Below are positions 19,500 to 29,299 of a DNA stretch of 64,000 bases, piece by piece. The translations under genes and the position numbers were made by a program. Position 1 is the first letter of the stretch; every line of letters begins with the position of its first letter. Origin of the DNA: an uncultured delta proteobacterium (GTDB lineage: Bacteria > Desulfobacterota > Desulfobacteria > Desulfobacterales > SG8-13); assembly GCA_963848135.1 (NCBI GenBank), contig CAWKCK010000017.1, positions 620,001 to 684,000 on the forward strand. The letters are read 5' to 3'. A model generated the notes under the pieces. That model worked only from the letters and a program-made list of their open reading frames with translations, was not told where the DNA came from and searched no databases.

Positions 19500-20699
19500 A
19501 TGAGACCTTTCAAGGTACCGGCCGCAGAAATCGAACGCAGGCGTCGCAACGTTCAGCATTTCTTGCAGGCAAACAGCATAGACGGTCTGTTGATCATTCA
19601 ACGGGTCGACCTCTTCTATTTCAGCGGTACGGCACAGCATGGATTTCTTTTCATTCCGGCCGACGGCGAACCGTTGCTGTGCATCAAACGCTATCTGCCG
19701 CGAGCACAAAGGGAGTCGGCCCTACACAACATCGTCGCCATACAGTCCGTCAAGGATCTTCCCGAACGTATCATTGATCTCTATCATCGCCTTCCGCCAA
19801 CGCTTGCCCTCGAATACGATGTGCTGCCGGTTAAAGAATTCAACTTCTACCGCCGCCTCTTCAATGGTTGCCGGCTGGTGGATGGCTCTTCCCTTATTCT
19901 GAATGTACGCCAAATCAAATCTGACTGGGAAATTGTTCAAATGGAGCAAACCGCAGAATTGAGTGCCCGAACATTCGACTACATGCAGACGGTCCTAAAG
20001 CCGGGGCTGAGCGAAATGGAATTCGCCGCGATTTATGAAACCTATGCCCGCAAACTCGGGCATGGCGGTAAATTGCGCACGCGGAATTATCAATCCGAGG
20101 CCTACCCGTGGCATGTGCTCAGCGGTGAAAACGGCGGCAAGGTCGGGATGCTCGACTCGCCATTTAGCGGCGAAGGGACCTCACCCGCCTTCCCCTGCGG
20201 TGCGGGGCACCGCGTCATAAAGCCACACGAACCGATTCTGGTGGATTTCGGGACGATGCTCAACGGCTATCACATGGACGAAACCCGTATGTTCGCCATA
20301 GGAGAGATGACTGAAAGGGCATTGCAGGCCTGCAACACCGCCATCGATATTCACAATGCGGTACTCAAAAAAGTGAGACCGGGTATTACAACCGGAGAAC
20401 TTTTTGATTATGCAGTAGCCGCCGCCGAGTCCGCAGGATTTGAAGAGACTTTTCTCGGACCTCCGGATCAAAAGGTCGATTTTATCGGTCACGGCATCGG
20501 ACTCGAACTTATCGAACCACCCTATATCGCCAGAGGCAAAAGAGATGTCCTGGAACCCGGCATGACGTTGGCTTTGGAACCGAAATTCTGTTACAGAGAC
20601 GAATTTGCCGCCGGAATCGAAAGCGTTTTTCAGGTTACCGACAGCGGCTCGCGTCTGATCACGAGAGTTCCGGCCCGGGTGTTCATCTGCGACCAGTGA
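19500..20699 (+). CDS. Xaa-Pro peptidase family (M24) protein
   Basis: RQIKSDWE, VDFG...GYHMDETR, GHGIGLEL.EPP, LALEPK. Confidence 0.9.
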   Translation: MRPFKVPAAEIERRRRNVQHFLQANSIDGLLIIQRVDLFYFSGTAQHGFLFIPADGEPLLCIKRYLPRAQRESALHNIVAIQSVKDLPERIIDLYHRLPPTLALEYDVLPVKEFNFYRRLFNGCRLVDGSSLILNVRQIKSDWEIVQMEQTAELSARTFDYMQTVLKPGLSEMEFAAIYETYARKLGHGGKLRTRNYQSEAYPWHVLSGENGGKVGMLDSPFSGEGTSPAFPCGAGHRVIKPHEPILVDFGTMLNGYHMDETRMFAIGEMTERALQACNTAIDIHNAVLKKVRPGITTGELFDYAVAAAESAGFEETFLGPPDQKVDFIGHGIGLELIEPPYIARGKRDVLEPGMTLALEPKFCYRDEFAAGIESVFQVTDSGSRLITRVPARVFICDQ

Positions 20700-20886
20700 T
20701 CCGGTTCAAACCGTTGTTTATAGAATTTCGCCGGCTGCTGACCTAAGGCAGTTTTCAGTTGATTTTAGTCAGCATATCCGTCAGTGTGGTCATTTTTCGC
20801 CGGTCAATAAAAAGGGCACAATTATCTCCGTGCGGGAAACCGGCATGCCCGTGCGGCCAATCGGCCTGTTTCATTGCAATATTGCC

Positions 20887-20925
20887 AGCGAATCTTTTGT
20901 CAACCGAATGACAAAATATTTCGCT
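20887..20925. promoter_or_regulatory. Palindromic candidate transcription-factor site upstream of the radical SAM and fabH genes
   Basis: Perfect TTTTGTCA-N6-TGACAAAA (20895-20916) with outer arms AGCGAA/TTCGCT. Confidence 0.5.
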
Positions 20926-21051
20926 TGATGGAATGTAATGTGATTTTATACGGGTTGATAAGAACCTTTTATGTCCGACGATACATTTACAAGATACATG
21001 CGGGCTGACCGTGTTGTAACCGGCAGTTCACGCGAAAGGACCGATCCAAGA

Positions 21052-22212
21052 ATGAACCATAGGAATATTAGTTTTGAACAAGGACCGATACGCCCCCCCA
21101 ATGAAGCACGCAGTCTGTTGTTGAGGTTAACGCGTAACTGCCCCTGGAACCAGTGCCTCTTCTGCCCGGTTTATAAACACAGAAAATTTTCGCTGCGAAC
21201 GGTGGCGGAGATCAAGCAAGACATACAGGCGGCGAGGGACATTGCCGACGATATCCGAAATCTGTCAATTCAGCTGGGCCACGGGGGCGAAGTGACCGAT
21301 GACGTCGTCAGCCATCTTTTCAACCAGTCCGGATACAATGATACTTATCGCAGCATCGCGGCATGGCTCTATTATCGAACGGATGCCTGTTTCTTGCAGG
21401 ATGCCGACAATTTGATCATGAAAACCGATGACCTGGTGACGGTGCTGGGGTATCTCAGAGAAAAATTTCCAAATATTTCGCGTGTCACAACCTACTCGCG
21501 GTCTCGAACGGTCACCCGCAAGTCAATTGAATCTTTGAAGCGAATCCGAAAAGCCGGCCTGGATCGTATCCATATCGGATTGGAAACCGGGTACGACCCA
21601 TTGCTGAAATTGATGAAGAAAGGTGTCTCCGCCCAACAACAGATTGAGGCAGGGCTGAGGGTAACAGAGGCCGGCATGGAATTGTCCGAATACGTCATGC
21701 CAGGCCTCGGCGGGCAAGAAATGTGGCGGGAGCATGCCGTGGAAACCGCTAAAGTCCTCAACCGAATCAACCCGCATTTTATTCGATTGCGCAGCTTGCG
21801 CGTCCCCCGTCGGATTCCGCTCTACAAGAATATTGAAGATGGATCGTTTACGATGCAGACCGATGACATGCTGGCGGCAGAGATCAAACTTTTTGTCGAA
21901 ACCCTTGACGGTGTTACCAGCACTCTCACCAGTGATCACATCATGAACCTGCTGGAGGAAGTCAACGGAAAACTACCGGAAAATAAAGAAAAAATGCTGG
22001 CGGTGATCCGAAATTACCAGGAATTAGACGACACCGACCGTCTTGTCTTCCGGGCCGGTCGTCGGGGAGGAACGTATAGATCCACCGAAGACTTGAGAAC
22101 CGACCCGGAAACCTACCAAAAAATCAGGGGCCTTATCGAGCAACTGCAAGAAAGCGAAGGGCCCCAGGGTGTCGAGAAATTTATCAGCGAAATGGTGGAC
22201 CGGTACATATAG
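21052..22212 (+). CDS. Radical SAM protein, function unknown
   Basis: GPIRPPNEA, CPWNQCLFC (CX4CX2C variant), FLQDAD, HIGLETG, SDHIMN. Confidence 0.88.
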   Translation: MNHRNISFEQGPIRPPNEARSLLLRLTRNCPWNQCLFCPVYKHRKFSLRTVAEIKQDIQAARDIADDIRNLSIQLGHGGEVTDDVVSHLFNQSGYNDTYRSIAAWLYYRTDACFLQDADNLIMKTDDLVTVLGYLREKFPNISRVTTYSRSRTVTRKSIESLKRIRKAGLDRIHIGLETGYDPLLKLMKKGVSAQQQIEAGLRVTEAGMELSEYVMPGLGGQEMWREHAVETAKVLNRINPHFIRLRSLRVPRRIPLYKNIEDGSFTMQTDDMLAAEIKLFVETLDGVTSTLTSDHIMNLLEEVNGKLPENKEKMLAVIRNYQELDDTDRLVFRAGRRGGTYRSTEDLRTDPETYQKIRGLIEQLQESEGPQGVEKFISEMVDRYI

Positions 22213-22255
22213 CCAATTTCAGAATATCATTCGGAAAGGGGCCTTTGGCTCGCAC

Positions 22256-23251
22256 ATGATGGAAACGATCAGAATTCTGGGGACGGGATCCTGCGTACCG
22301 CCCAAGAGATTGACCAACAACGATTTGGTGGCTCTGGGTCTCGATACCACGGATGAATGGATAAGCAAAAGAACCGGCGTTCGCGAAAGACGAATTGCGG
22401 AGCCGACCGTGGCGGCTTCGGACCTCGGTTATGAAGCTTCACTCCGGGCTTTGGAAATGGCCGCTATGTCCCCCCGGGACCTGGATCTCATCATCATGGC
22501 CACCATCACCCCGGATACTTGCTGCCCGTCGGCTGCAAACTGGTTACAAGCAAAATTAGACGCCCCCCGGGCGATAGCCTTCGATGTCACAGCGGCGTGT
22601 TCGGGTTTCATCTTCGCCCTCAACGTCGCCGAGCAGTATTTAAAGAACAAGACCTGTCGGCACATTCTGGTGGTGGCATCTGAAATTATGACCCGCACGC
22701 TAAACTGGCAGGACCGATCCACATGTATCCTGTGGGGGGATGGTGCCGGCGCGGCAGTGCTTACCCTGGGTGAGGCTGGGCCGGAAATCCTGTCGACCCA
22801 TATTCACACAGACGGCGCCAATGGCACGGATCTATTGCTCCCGGGCGGGGGTTCCAAAACAACGCCCATTAGTCACGAAAGTGTCGACAAAGGGCTTCAC
22901 ACCCTTAACATGATCGAGGCCAATCTGAGCTTTCGGGTGGCGGTGAGATACTTTATGGATTCGATCAGGGAAGCCGCTGATCACAACCGGGTCGAAATCT
23001 CAGATATCGACTGGATCATACCCCATCAGGCCAACATCCGGATGTTCCAGTACATCTCCAAGTCGATGAATATCCCCTTTGAAAAATTCTACATGACGGT
23101 GCACAAATACGGCAACATCTCCTCGGCTTCCTGCGCTATTGCTCTGGATGAAGCCATTCGCGACGGCAGTATCAAGTCGGGGGATCTGATCTGTATGCCG
23201 GTATTTGGTGGCGGGCTGACCTGGGGAAGCGCACTGGTCCGCTGGCAATGA
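22256..23251 (+). CDS. fabH: 3-oxoacyl-ACP synthase III
   Basis: DTTDEWI..RTG, AACSGF, GDGAGA, PHQAN, YGNISSAS, FGGGLTWG (Cys-His-Asn triad). Confidence 0.95.
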   Translation: MMETIRILGTGSCVPPKRLTNNDLVALGLDTTDEWISKRTGVRERRIAEPTVAASDLGYEASLRALEMAAMSPRDLDLIIMATITPDTCCPSAANWLQAKLDAPRAIAFDVTAACSGFIFALNVAEQYLKNKTCRHILVVASEIMTRTLNWQDRSTCILWGDGAGAAVLTLGEAGPEILSTHIHTDGANGTDLLLPGGGSKTTPISHESVDKGLHTLNMIEANLSFRVAVRYFMDSIREAADHNRVEISDIDWIIPHQANIRMFQYISKSMNIPFEKFYMTVHKYGNISSASCAIALDEAIRDGSIKSGDLICMPVFGGGLTWGSALVRWQ

Positions 23252-23656
23252 AAGCACTATGCTGATTTTATTACGGCCCGCCCATGTATAACAATCAGGG
23301 GCGCTGCCGTCTTCAATCACCGCAAACTCCTGATAAGGGCACAAAAGGGTGCAAGCGGTTTGCCCTACGATTTCATCCGCACCGGTCCCGGATATACCAC
23401 GGACCCCGCCCGGATAGAAAGGCCCATGCCTACTGGAAGACATTAGGAGGCATCTCAGCAGAGGCGTCTTTTCGCCCGATCCGCCAGGGGCGAACGAGTC
23501 TCTGCGTTGAGCCCTAGTCTCAAGGCCTGGACATACTTTTGTATGCCTGCGGGTTGTGACCCACATGCGGTGTTGGATCGGGTGGGACATCCCGCGCTGC
23601 GGGGATCTTAGGGTTCGCCTTGATCTCGACCGAAAATCCTAATTTTGAGATTGCGT

Positions 23657-23884
23657 CTAGTCCTTACGGGGCCATTCGACGTCGCTGCGCTCCTCGACGG
23701 CAAAACAGAAACGATCCCAATCGAACTCCCGGTCGCTAATCGGACAGCGCAATTTGACTTTGCGGTCAGTCACACTGACAACCTCCCAATCGCCTTTGCG
23801 CGGGCCTTCCGCAATGTAAATCTTCTGGCCACCCGAGAAAGGGTAAGGTTTGAAGATGACGACGGTCTGATTTCCCACTTGCAA
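23657..23884 (-). CDS. Small hypothetical protein, probably co-transcribed with flavodoxin
   Basis: AAGGAG RBS, 20 bp downstream of the flavodoxin stop, globular-looking sequence. Start may be GTG 23878. Confidence 0.7.
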   Translation of the reverse strand: MQVGNQTVVIFKPYPFSGGQKIYIAEGPRKGDWEVVSVTDRKVKLRCPISDREFDWDRFCFAVEERSDVEWPRKD

Positions 23885-23904
23885 TACTCCTTTTGGTATT
23901 ACGA

Positions 23905-24348
23905 TCAGGCAAATTTACTGCTGACCGCCTTGCCGTAATCCTGGCATGCACGCCGGCCTTCATCGGTCGGAACAACACTTTCTTTCAGGTTCAGAGCGCC
24001 TAAATCGAGCATGTCCATTTTGTAGACATGCTGCATTGTATCGAAAATCATCTGGGCGGACTCCCCGCTATGGGTGGAGGAACCGAACGCACCGCCGATT
24101 TTGCCGACCATATTGACCTTCTGGGCTAAAAACAGAAAGGACTTCATTCCGCCGGTCAAATCTCGGTGGTATGTGGGACAGCCAAAGACGTAACCGTCGT
24201 ATCCAGCCAATGCTTTTTCATCCTTTATTTCTGCAATTTTGATCAACTCGACATCGTGTCCGTTGATTCGGATACCTTCGGCAATATACTCGGCCATTTT
24301 TCCGGTGGTGCCGGTTCGGCTGACATAACCGATGAGAACCTTCTTCAT
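23905..24348 (-). CDS. Flavodoxin-domain protein
   Basis: SRTGTTGKMAEYIAEG, FGCPTY, GGAFGS. AGGAGG RBS. Confidence 0.92.
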   Translation of the reverse strand: MKKVLIGYVSRTGTTGKMAEYIAEGIRINGHDVELIKIAEIKDEKALAGYDGYVFGCPTYHRDLTGGMKSFLFLAQKVNMVGKIGGAFGSSTHSGESAQMIFDTMQHVYKMDMLDLGALNLKESVVPTDEGRRACQDYGKAVSSKFA

Positions 24349-24554
24349 GCCTGACCTCCTTTGATATGATCGATGGGTTGAGTTATTAGCATTCGGTGCC
24401 CACTATACCCAAACTGTACCGGAAATGACTTAACACCATTTCGTTGCATGCATCAATGTTTTTTTCGGTTCTTGTCACCCGGTGAGGCGTATTCGACCTA
24501 AACTGACCATCGCGAACGGCGAGGATGTAATTTGTATTCTGGGAAGAGTTTCTC

Positions 24555-24685
24555 TTATGGCGGTTGGCTTTTTTGAGGTTTGGGAATTTCAACCTCCAGG
24601 ACACCATCTATATACTTGGTTTTATCGTCTCCGGATCCACCTCACCGGGTGGGCTGAAAGATCTCAGAAATCGTCCATGGTTTCT
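24555..24685 (-). pseudogene. Hsp20 C-terminal remnant with a frameshift
   Basis: RNHGRFLRSFSPPGEVDPETIK, then one base missing, then KYIDGVLEVEIPKPQKSQPP-stop. Matches the alpha-crystallin C-terminal motif; no recognisable N-terminal half. Confidence 0.75.
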
Positions 24686-25121
24686 TTGATCATTTATCTC
24701 AAACCAAGGCTGGCTGGTATATTTTAGCTTAAATAATATTACTTATTGCATATAAAGTTTTTAATAATATTTTTAAACCTGCGCGCCTTGATTGCCTATT
24801 TGTTCATGTTAACCAGTGATGGAGCCGTTGGTGACACCTGGTCATACGGTTCTTTAGGGATACAACTGGCCACCGAAACCCTGGTCAGTCAAGCAGAGAA
24901 GATTTACTGAATTTTTCGAGAAAATGGCCTCACCATGGCATTACGGCACAGGGTTGATGGATTGATCTGCGGAATGTTGTGGGAGAGATATGGATGGGCC
25001 TGATGAAAGATTACACTCGAACTCAACCGCCCCGCCGGCTGTACAGGGCGGTCTAAATTAGCGAGTACAGATCGAGGATCGCAGCGAATCCCCAGCCGGA
25101 TATCATTGGAGACTGCGCCCT

Positions 25122-25169
25122 AAAGAAAAGAAGGCCGGTACCCGGATGTCTTGGTCGTCGGTTCCGGCC
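25122..25169 (-). terminator. Possible terminator after the Hsp20 pair
   Basis: GGCCGG/CCGGCC stem with a long loop, followed on the minus strand by TTCTTTTCTTT. Confidence 0.4.
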
Positions 25170-25177
25170 CTGAATAT

Positions 25178-25585
25178 TCAGCCAGCATTGACCTCTATTT
25201 TTCTAGGGGTGGCTTTCTCCACTTTTGGCAAGGTCAGGCGCAGGACTCCGTGCTCCATTTTGGCATCGATCTTGGTCTGGTCGATCACCTCGGACAGGGT
25301 AAATTGCCGATAATATTTGCCAATCGCATATTCGATCAGAAGTTCACTTTCATCCGGTGAGCCAGCCGGTTCGATTTCACCGGTAAGTGTCAGCATATTA
25401 TCACGCAGATCGATATCGATATTCTTGGGCTTCACTCCCGGCACATCTGCCAGCAGCGTGAGAGTTGCTGCGGTCTCAAATATATCGACGTTGGGTGTAA
25501 ACACAAGCCCTGGCTTGGTCTGTTCGGCCGCAGATGCAACCGCTTGCTTTTCTCTGACCTTTATTTCTTTGGATTCTGTATTCAT
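25178..25585 (-). CDS. Hsp20/alpha-crystallin family protein
   Basis: PNVDIFE, ADVPGV, YYRQFTL, IDAKMEHGVLRLTLPK. ATG 25585. Confidence 0.93.
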   Translation of the reverse strand: MNTESKEIKVREKQAVASAAEQTKPGLVFTPNVDIFETAATLTLLADVPGVKPKNIDIDLRDNMLTLTGEIEPAGSPDESELLIEYAIGKYYRQFTLSEVIDQTKIDAKMEHGVLRLTLPKVEKATPRKIEVNAG

Positions 25586-25650
25586 CTTCGCTGATATCTC
25601 CCTTCTCTCTTGCCATTGGATGTTGTGCTCGAGGCATCCACGCAAGTCCT

Positions 25651-26109
25651 CTAATTGACTGCAATTTGTCGCGGCTTGGCTTTTTCAGCCTTTGGCACGA
25701 CGATTTCCAGTATACCATCGGTCAGTTTGGCCGTAATATTCTCGGCGTCAATCTCTCCAGGTAGGGCGATTGCCCGGGAAAAGCGCCCGGCATCACGCTC
25801 ACGGCGATGGTAGCGGGCCGATGCCTCTTCTTTTGCTATTTTTCTCTCTCCGCTTATTGACAATGAGTTTCCAGCTGTCTGAATGTCCAAATCTGCCGGT
25901 GTCACCCCAGGCAGTTCAGCCCTCAACACGTAATGGTCCCTGGTTTCGGTCAGGTTTGCCGGTGGAAATACCCCGGAGCGTTCACGATCGTTTGACATCG
26001 CCGGCCAGCCGTCAACCATACGACCGATCTGCCTCTTAAGATGATCCATTTCGTCCAGGGCGCTGCCGGTGCGCCATGCCGGAAGTCCAAAAACCCTTCT
26101 GTACATCAT
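25651..26109 (-). CDS. Hsp20/alpha-crystallin family protein
   Basis: AELPGV, ISGER, RERDAGRFSRAIALP, AKLTDGILEIVVPK. AGGAGG RBS. Confidence 0.94.
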   Translation of the reverse strand: MMYRRVFGLPAWRTGSALDEMDHLKRQIGRMVDGWPAMSNDRERSGVFPPANLTETRDHYVLRAELPGVTPADLDIQTAGNSLSISGERKIAKEEASARYHRRERDAGRFSRAIALPGEIDAENITAKLTDGILEIVVPKAEKAKPRQIAVN

Positions 26110-26189
26110 TTTTTTCCTCCTGTTGAATTTTTGTTCAATAATGAATCTAAAACGTGCCCCGACTTGTCATGCTCTCTGCATCTTACCAA

Positions 26190-26218
26190 GACAATAAATA
26201 CCGATTTGTTATTGTCAA
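26190..26218 (-). promoter_or_regulatory. Hsp20 operon promoter overlapped by an inverted repeat
   Basis: Minus-strand TTGACA-16 bp-TATTGT. Inverted repeat GACAATAA-N11-TTATTGTC (26190-26216) overlaps both boxes. Confidence 0.5.
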
Positions 26219-26435
26219 GAATCGATTTAAATTTAATCATATATTAATTAAACATTTTTTTTTAATTAGTAATGTTTTTGGTTTCTCGCCTATCGGTCGG
26301 AAAACCATTCTTGTTTTTGCGCTGATTCAGTTCGGTTTGTTATGGCTGTGACGATAGAGGTCTAAATGGAGGTGTCAAAAAATCTTGGGAATGGCCGGCG
26401 ATATCAATTGCCGGGATGGGAAGACGTTGTGTGAG

Positions 26436-26464
26436 TTGACAGTATCGCACCATCCGGATATAAT
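26436..26464 (+). promoter_or_regulatory. Consensus sigma70 promoter for the YcbK-like gene
   Basis: Perfect TTGACA-17 bp-TATAAT. Confidence 0.8.
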
Positions 26465-26494
26465 TAAGTATAATTTTGGGAGGCCAGAAGAACC

Positions 26495-27082
26495 TTGCAC
26501 TCATTCGGTACGTTTGTAGAATCTCTGCGCAAAATCGGCTTGAACCGCCGCCATTTCATAAAGACTGGATTGCTGACGACTATCGCAGCTATCATCAGTC
26601 CGGTTGAGCTTGCCGAAGCAATCAGCCAAGGTTTGCCCCCCACCAGGCGCCTCTCTTTTTTTAATACCCACACTGGGGAAACCCTGGCGGTCAGCTATTG
26701 CCGGCAGGGTGGCTACTGTCCCGACGCGTTGAGCGAAATCAACCACATCCTGCGTGATCATCGTACGGGTGACACCCGGGCGATCAGGCCCCGGCTTCTC
26801 GATATCCTTTACCGCCTAGCCAAGCGAATTGATCCCTCCGAACCGTATCACATCATTTCGGGTTATCGATCTCCGGTCACAAATGCCGAGCTGCGTACAA
26901 AAAGCAAGGGAGTGGCCCGCCGCAGTTTTCACACCTTGGGTATGGCCATTGACATCCGTATCCCCGGCTTTGGAACTAAAGGACTGTACGTGGAAGCCAT
27001 GCAACTCCGGGCGGGTGGTGTCGGCTACTATCCAGAATCCGATTTTATCCATCTGGATTGCGGTCCGGTCAGGCATTGGTAG
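26495..27082 (+). CDS. YcbK/DUF882 peptidase M15-type protein with twin-arginine signal
   Basis: NRRHFIK Tat motif, NTHTGE, ISGYRS, SFHTLGMAID, GGVGYYP..DFIHLD. Confidence 0.92.
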   Translation: MHSFGTFVESLRKIGLNRRHFIKTGLLTTIAAIISPVELAEAISQGLPPTRRLSFFNTHTGETLAVSYCRQGGYCPDALSEINHILRDHRTGDTRAIRPRLLDILYRLAKRIDPSEPYHIISGYRSPVTNAELRTKSKGVARRSFHTLGMAIDIRIPGFGTKGLYVEAMQLRAGGVGYYPESDFIHLDCGPVRHW

Positions 27083-27132
27083 ATAGCCCTCCTCGGATAG
27101 ACAAAAAGAACGCAATTCTGGCCACCCCCGTC

Positions 27133-28965
27133 TTAACTCGATACTTTTGTAACGGAACCAGTGCCCGTTTGTTCGGTTTCCTCCGGGCCGATGCTCGGCG
27201 GCCTTTCTTTTAAAGCAACATCCAGCCGTGAATCCCTGCGGTATATGTCGTCGCGAAAGTTTACCCCTCCCTGAGAATCCACCCAGGCCGTCCAGTAGAG
27301 CAGGTGAACAGGCACGGGTTTACGAAGCCGTACGATTACGTTTCCTTTTTTACTTTCAATGGTTTCGAAAATATGGCTTCGGGTCCATTTCGGATCATCC
27401 TTCAAAAGATAGCCGGCCAAATCCAACGGCCTTTCCAATCGGATACAGCCCGAGCTGAAGGACCGTGTATTGCGTTTGAAAAGCTTTCGGCTCGGTGTGT
27501 CGTGCAAGTAGACGGCAAATTTGTTGGGCAGCATAAACTTGATCCGACCCAGATCGTTTGACGGACCCGGCTCTTTTCTGAGTTTGAAAGCAAAATTACG
27601 CTTTGTCACCTTGGACCAGTCAACAGCGTGAGGGCTTATTTCTTTGGCGTTTTCCTGCCAGCTTTCAAATACCTTGATCTGTTTCTTGACGAGATAGTCG
27701 GGGTCGCGTCGGACTTTGGGCAGAATGTCCTCGACCGCAATTTTACGAGGTATATTCCAATACGGGTTGATGACAAGATAGTTGAGGTTGGCGCTGAAGA
27801 CCGGCGTGCGACGGTAATCCCGTCCCACGACCACCCGCATGCTCCACTTGGGCTGGTCGGCCTCCACCACCGCCAAGTTGAAATCGGCAATATTCACGAG
27901 AATATGGGGATCGCCGAGATCATGGGGAATCCAGCGCCAACGCTCAAGGTTCAATTCGATCTGCCGAACCCTTGCATCCACGGGGACGTTCAATGAATCC
28001 AGGGTTTCCGCATCGATCATCCCGCTCTCAGGCAACCCATGGCGGGCTTGGTATCGCTTTATACCCACCTCCAGGAGATCGTCATACATGAGGCTATCCT
28101 CCGCTGGCCCAGCCGCAGGTGATAGGTCACCGGTTGACCTGAAACGCTCTCGCAACTTGGCGATGTGCACGCCAGAATCACCCTTCTGCCACGGCAGATC
28201 CCTATCCAGAATCGGCCAACCGCCGAAGACCGAAATTTCCCTGTAGCGATTTAGCGCCGATTTTAATTCGCGGTAACCAGGGTGGGGAGGTCTCAAACTG
28301 TCAAGAGCAGACTCGATCTGGTCGGTTTCCAACGCCGTTTGAAGAATCTCGGCCAGGTTGTCTTCGGGATGATAGACCGTCCATTGGGTGTGAATGGTTT
28401 CAGGGTTCACCCGTCCGGCCATTAAATGGGATCCCAGCAGTAAAAAGGCATCTGTGAGGAGCAATTCAAGGTCCACAAGAACCTCTGGTTCGTTTGGCGT
28501 CGAGCAGAGACGATTTTCTGTCACATAATCGATCAGCATCTCGAGCTTGTCTGCATGATAATCGGCTGTCTGTAATCCATCGAGGCTGGCAACACGTATG
28601 GCCCGCATCAAAGATTCCGCAGTTGCCAACGAAGGCTGTAACACCCATGCCGGCCGGAACCCTCTGCGGGCATAAAAAAGCGGGAGATCAGCGATCCCGC
28701 AGATTAGCTCATCGCGGCATATGAACCGCGCCTGCTTCTGCTCGTGTTCGATTCTCAGCCGCAGTAACTCCCGTAATTCATCGCCGGACGGCTCGTCAAC
28801 AATTGTCGCAACAGCCGCTACATCCGCCGCTGTGAAAAACACGCTCCAGATCACTATAACAGCACCAAAATGTCGCATCAGTATTCGTAATTTATTTCTA
28901 ATTCTCACGTTGGTATCCCTGTCTTCAGTCAGTGCTCCAATCAAGTTTATAGTCGCATTTTGCAC
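27133..28965 (-). CDS. L,D-transpeptidase (YcbB/LdtD-like) with peptidoglycan-binding domain
   Basis: NLERWRW, VNIADF, VVGR..RRTP, NPYWNIP, VYLHDTP, SSGCIR. Start uncertain. Confidence 0.92.
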   Translation of the reverse strand: MQNATINLIGALTEDRDTNVRIRNKLRILMRHFGAVIVIWSVFFTAADVAAVATIVDEPSGDELRELLRLRIEHEQKQARFICRDELICGIADLPLFYARRGFRPAWVLQPSLATAESLMRAIRVASLDGLQTADYHADKLEMLIDYVTENRLCSTPNEPEVLVDLELLLTDAFLLLGSHLMAGRVNPETIHTQWTVYHPEDNLAEILQTALETDQIESALDSLRPPHPGYRELKSALNRYREISVFGGWPILDRDLPWQKGDSGVHIAKLRERFRSTGDLSPAAGPAEDSLMYDDLLEVGIKRYQARHGLPESGMIDAETLDSLNVPVDARVRQIELNLERWRWIPHDLGDPHILVNIADFNLAVVEADQPKWSMRVVVGRDYRRTPVFSANLNYLVINPYWNIPRKIAVEDILPKVRRDPDYLVKKQIKVFESWQENAKEISPHAVDWSKVTKRNFAFKLRKEPGPSNDLGRIKFMLPNKFAVYLHDTPSRKLFKRNTRSFSSGCIRLERPLDLAGYLLKDDPKWTRSHIFETIESKKGNVIVRLRKPVPVHLLYWTAWVDSQGGVNFRDDIYRRDSRLDVALKERPPSIGPEETEQTGTGSVTKVSS

Positions 28966-29299
28966 GCACCAGACAACAGTTTATGTGTGTCACCATCGCG
29001 CAATTGCAGGCAAGCCTTCGGCCGGGTGCCCGCGATGACGCCCTAAAGTCTAACCTAATCCTTTTGTACCGTATTTCAAAAATAAATCTTACCCTACGAA
29101 AGGGTGGAATAAGTAATTGTCAAATAAACGTTGCAAATACCGGAACGTTTTTCTTTGAACCACTATAATACCAAATGAAATCATCCGGTGAATTTTCGGG
29201 CTGAATCTACGGAAACTTCCCACGGCTTATTTACATTCCGATGAAGGTATTTATGTTTTAATGGTATAGACCAACAGAAATAAGGCAAGGAGGTCATTT

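Noticed and set aside
23248..23517. ATG overlapping the fabH stop gives MKALC-TGA in frame with the 77-aa ORF at 23284, with a hairpin after the TGA; possible third selenoprotein
   Set aside because: The product resembles no family I recognise and has low-quality composition. The hairpin could be a terminator. No Cys homologue evidence is available.
24476..24651. Perfect 12-bp inverted repeat CACCCGGTGAGG/CCTCACCGGGTG
   Set aside because: The right arm lies inside the Hsp20 remnant coding sequence and there is no target duplication; probably chance.
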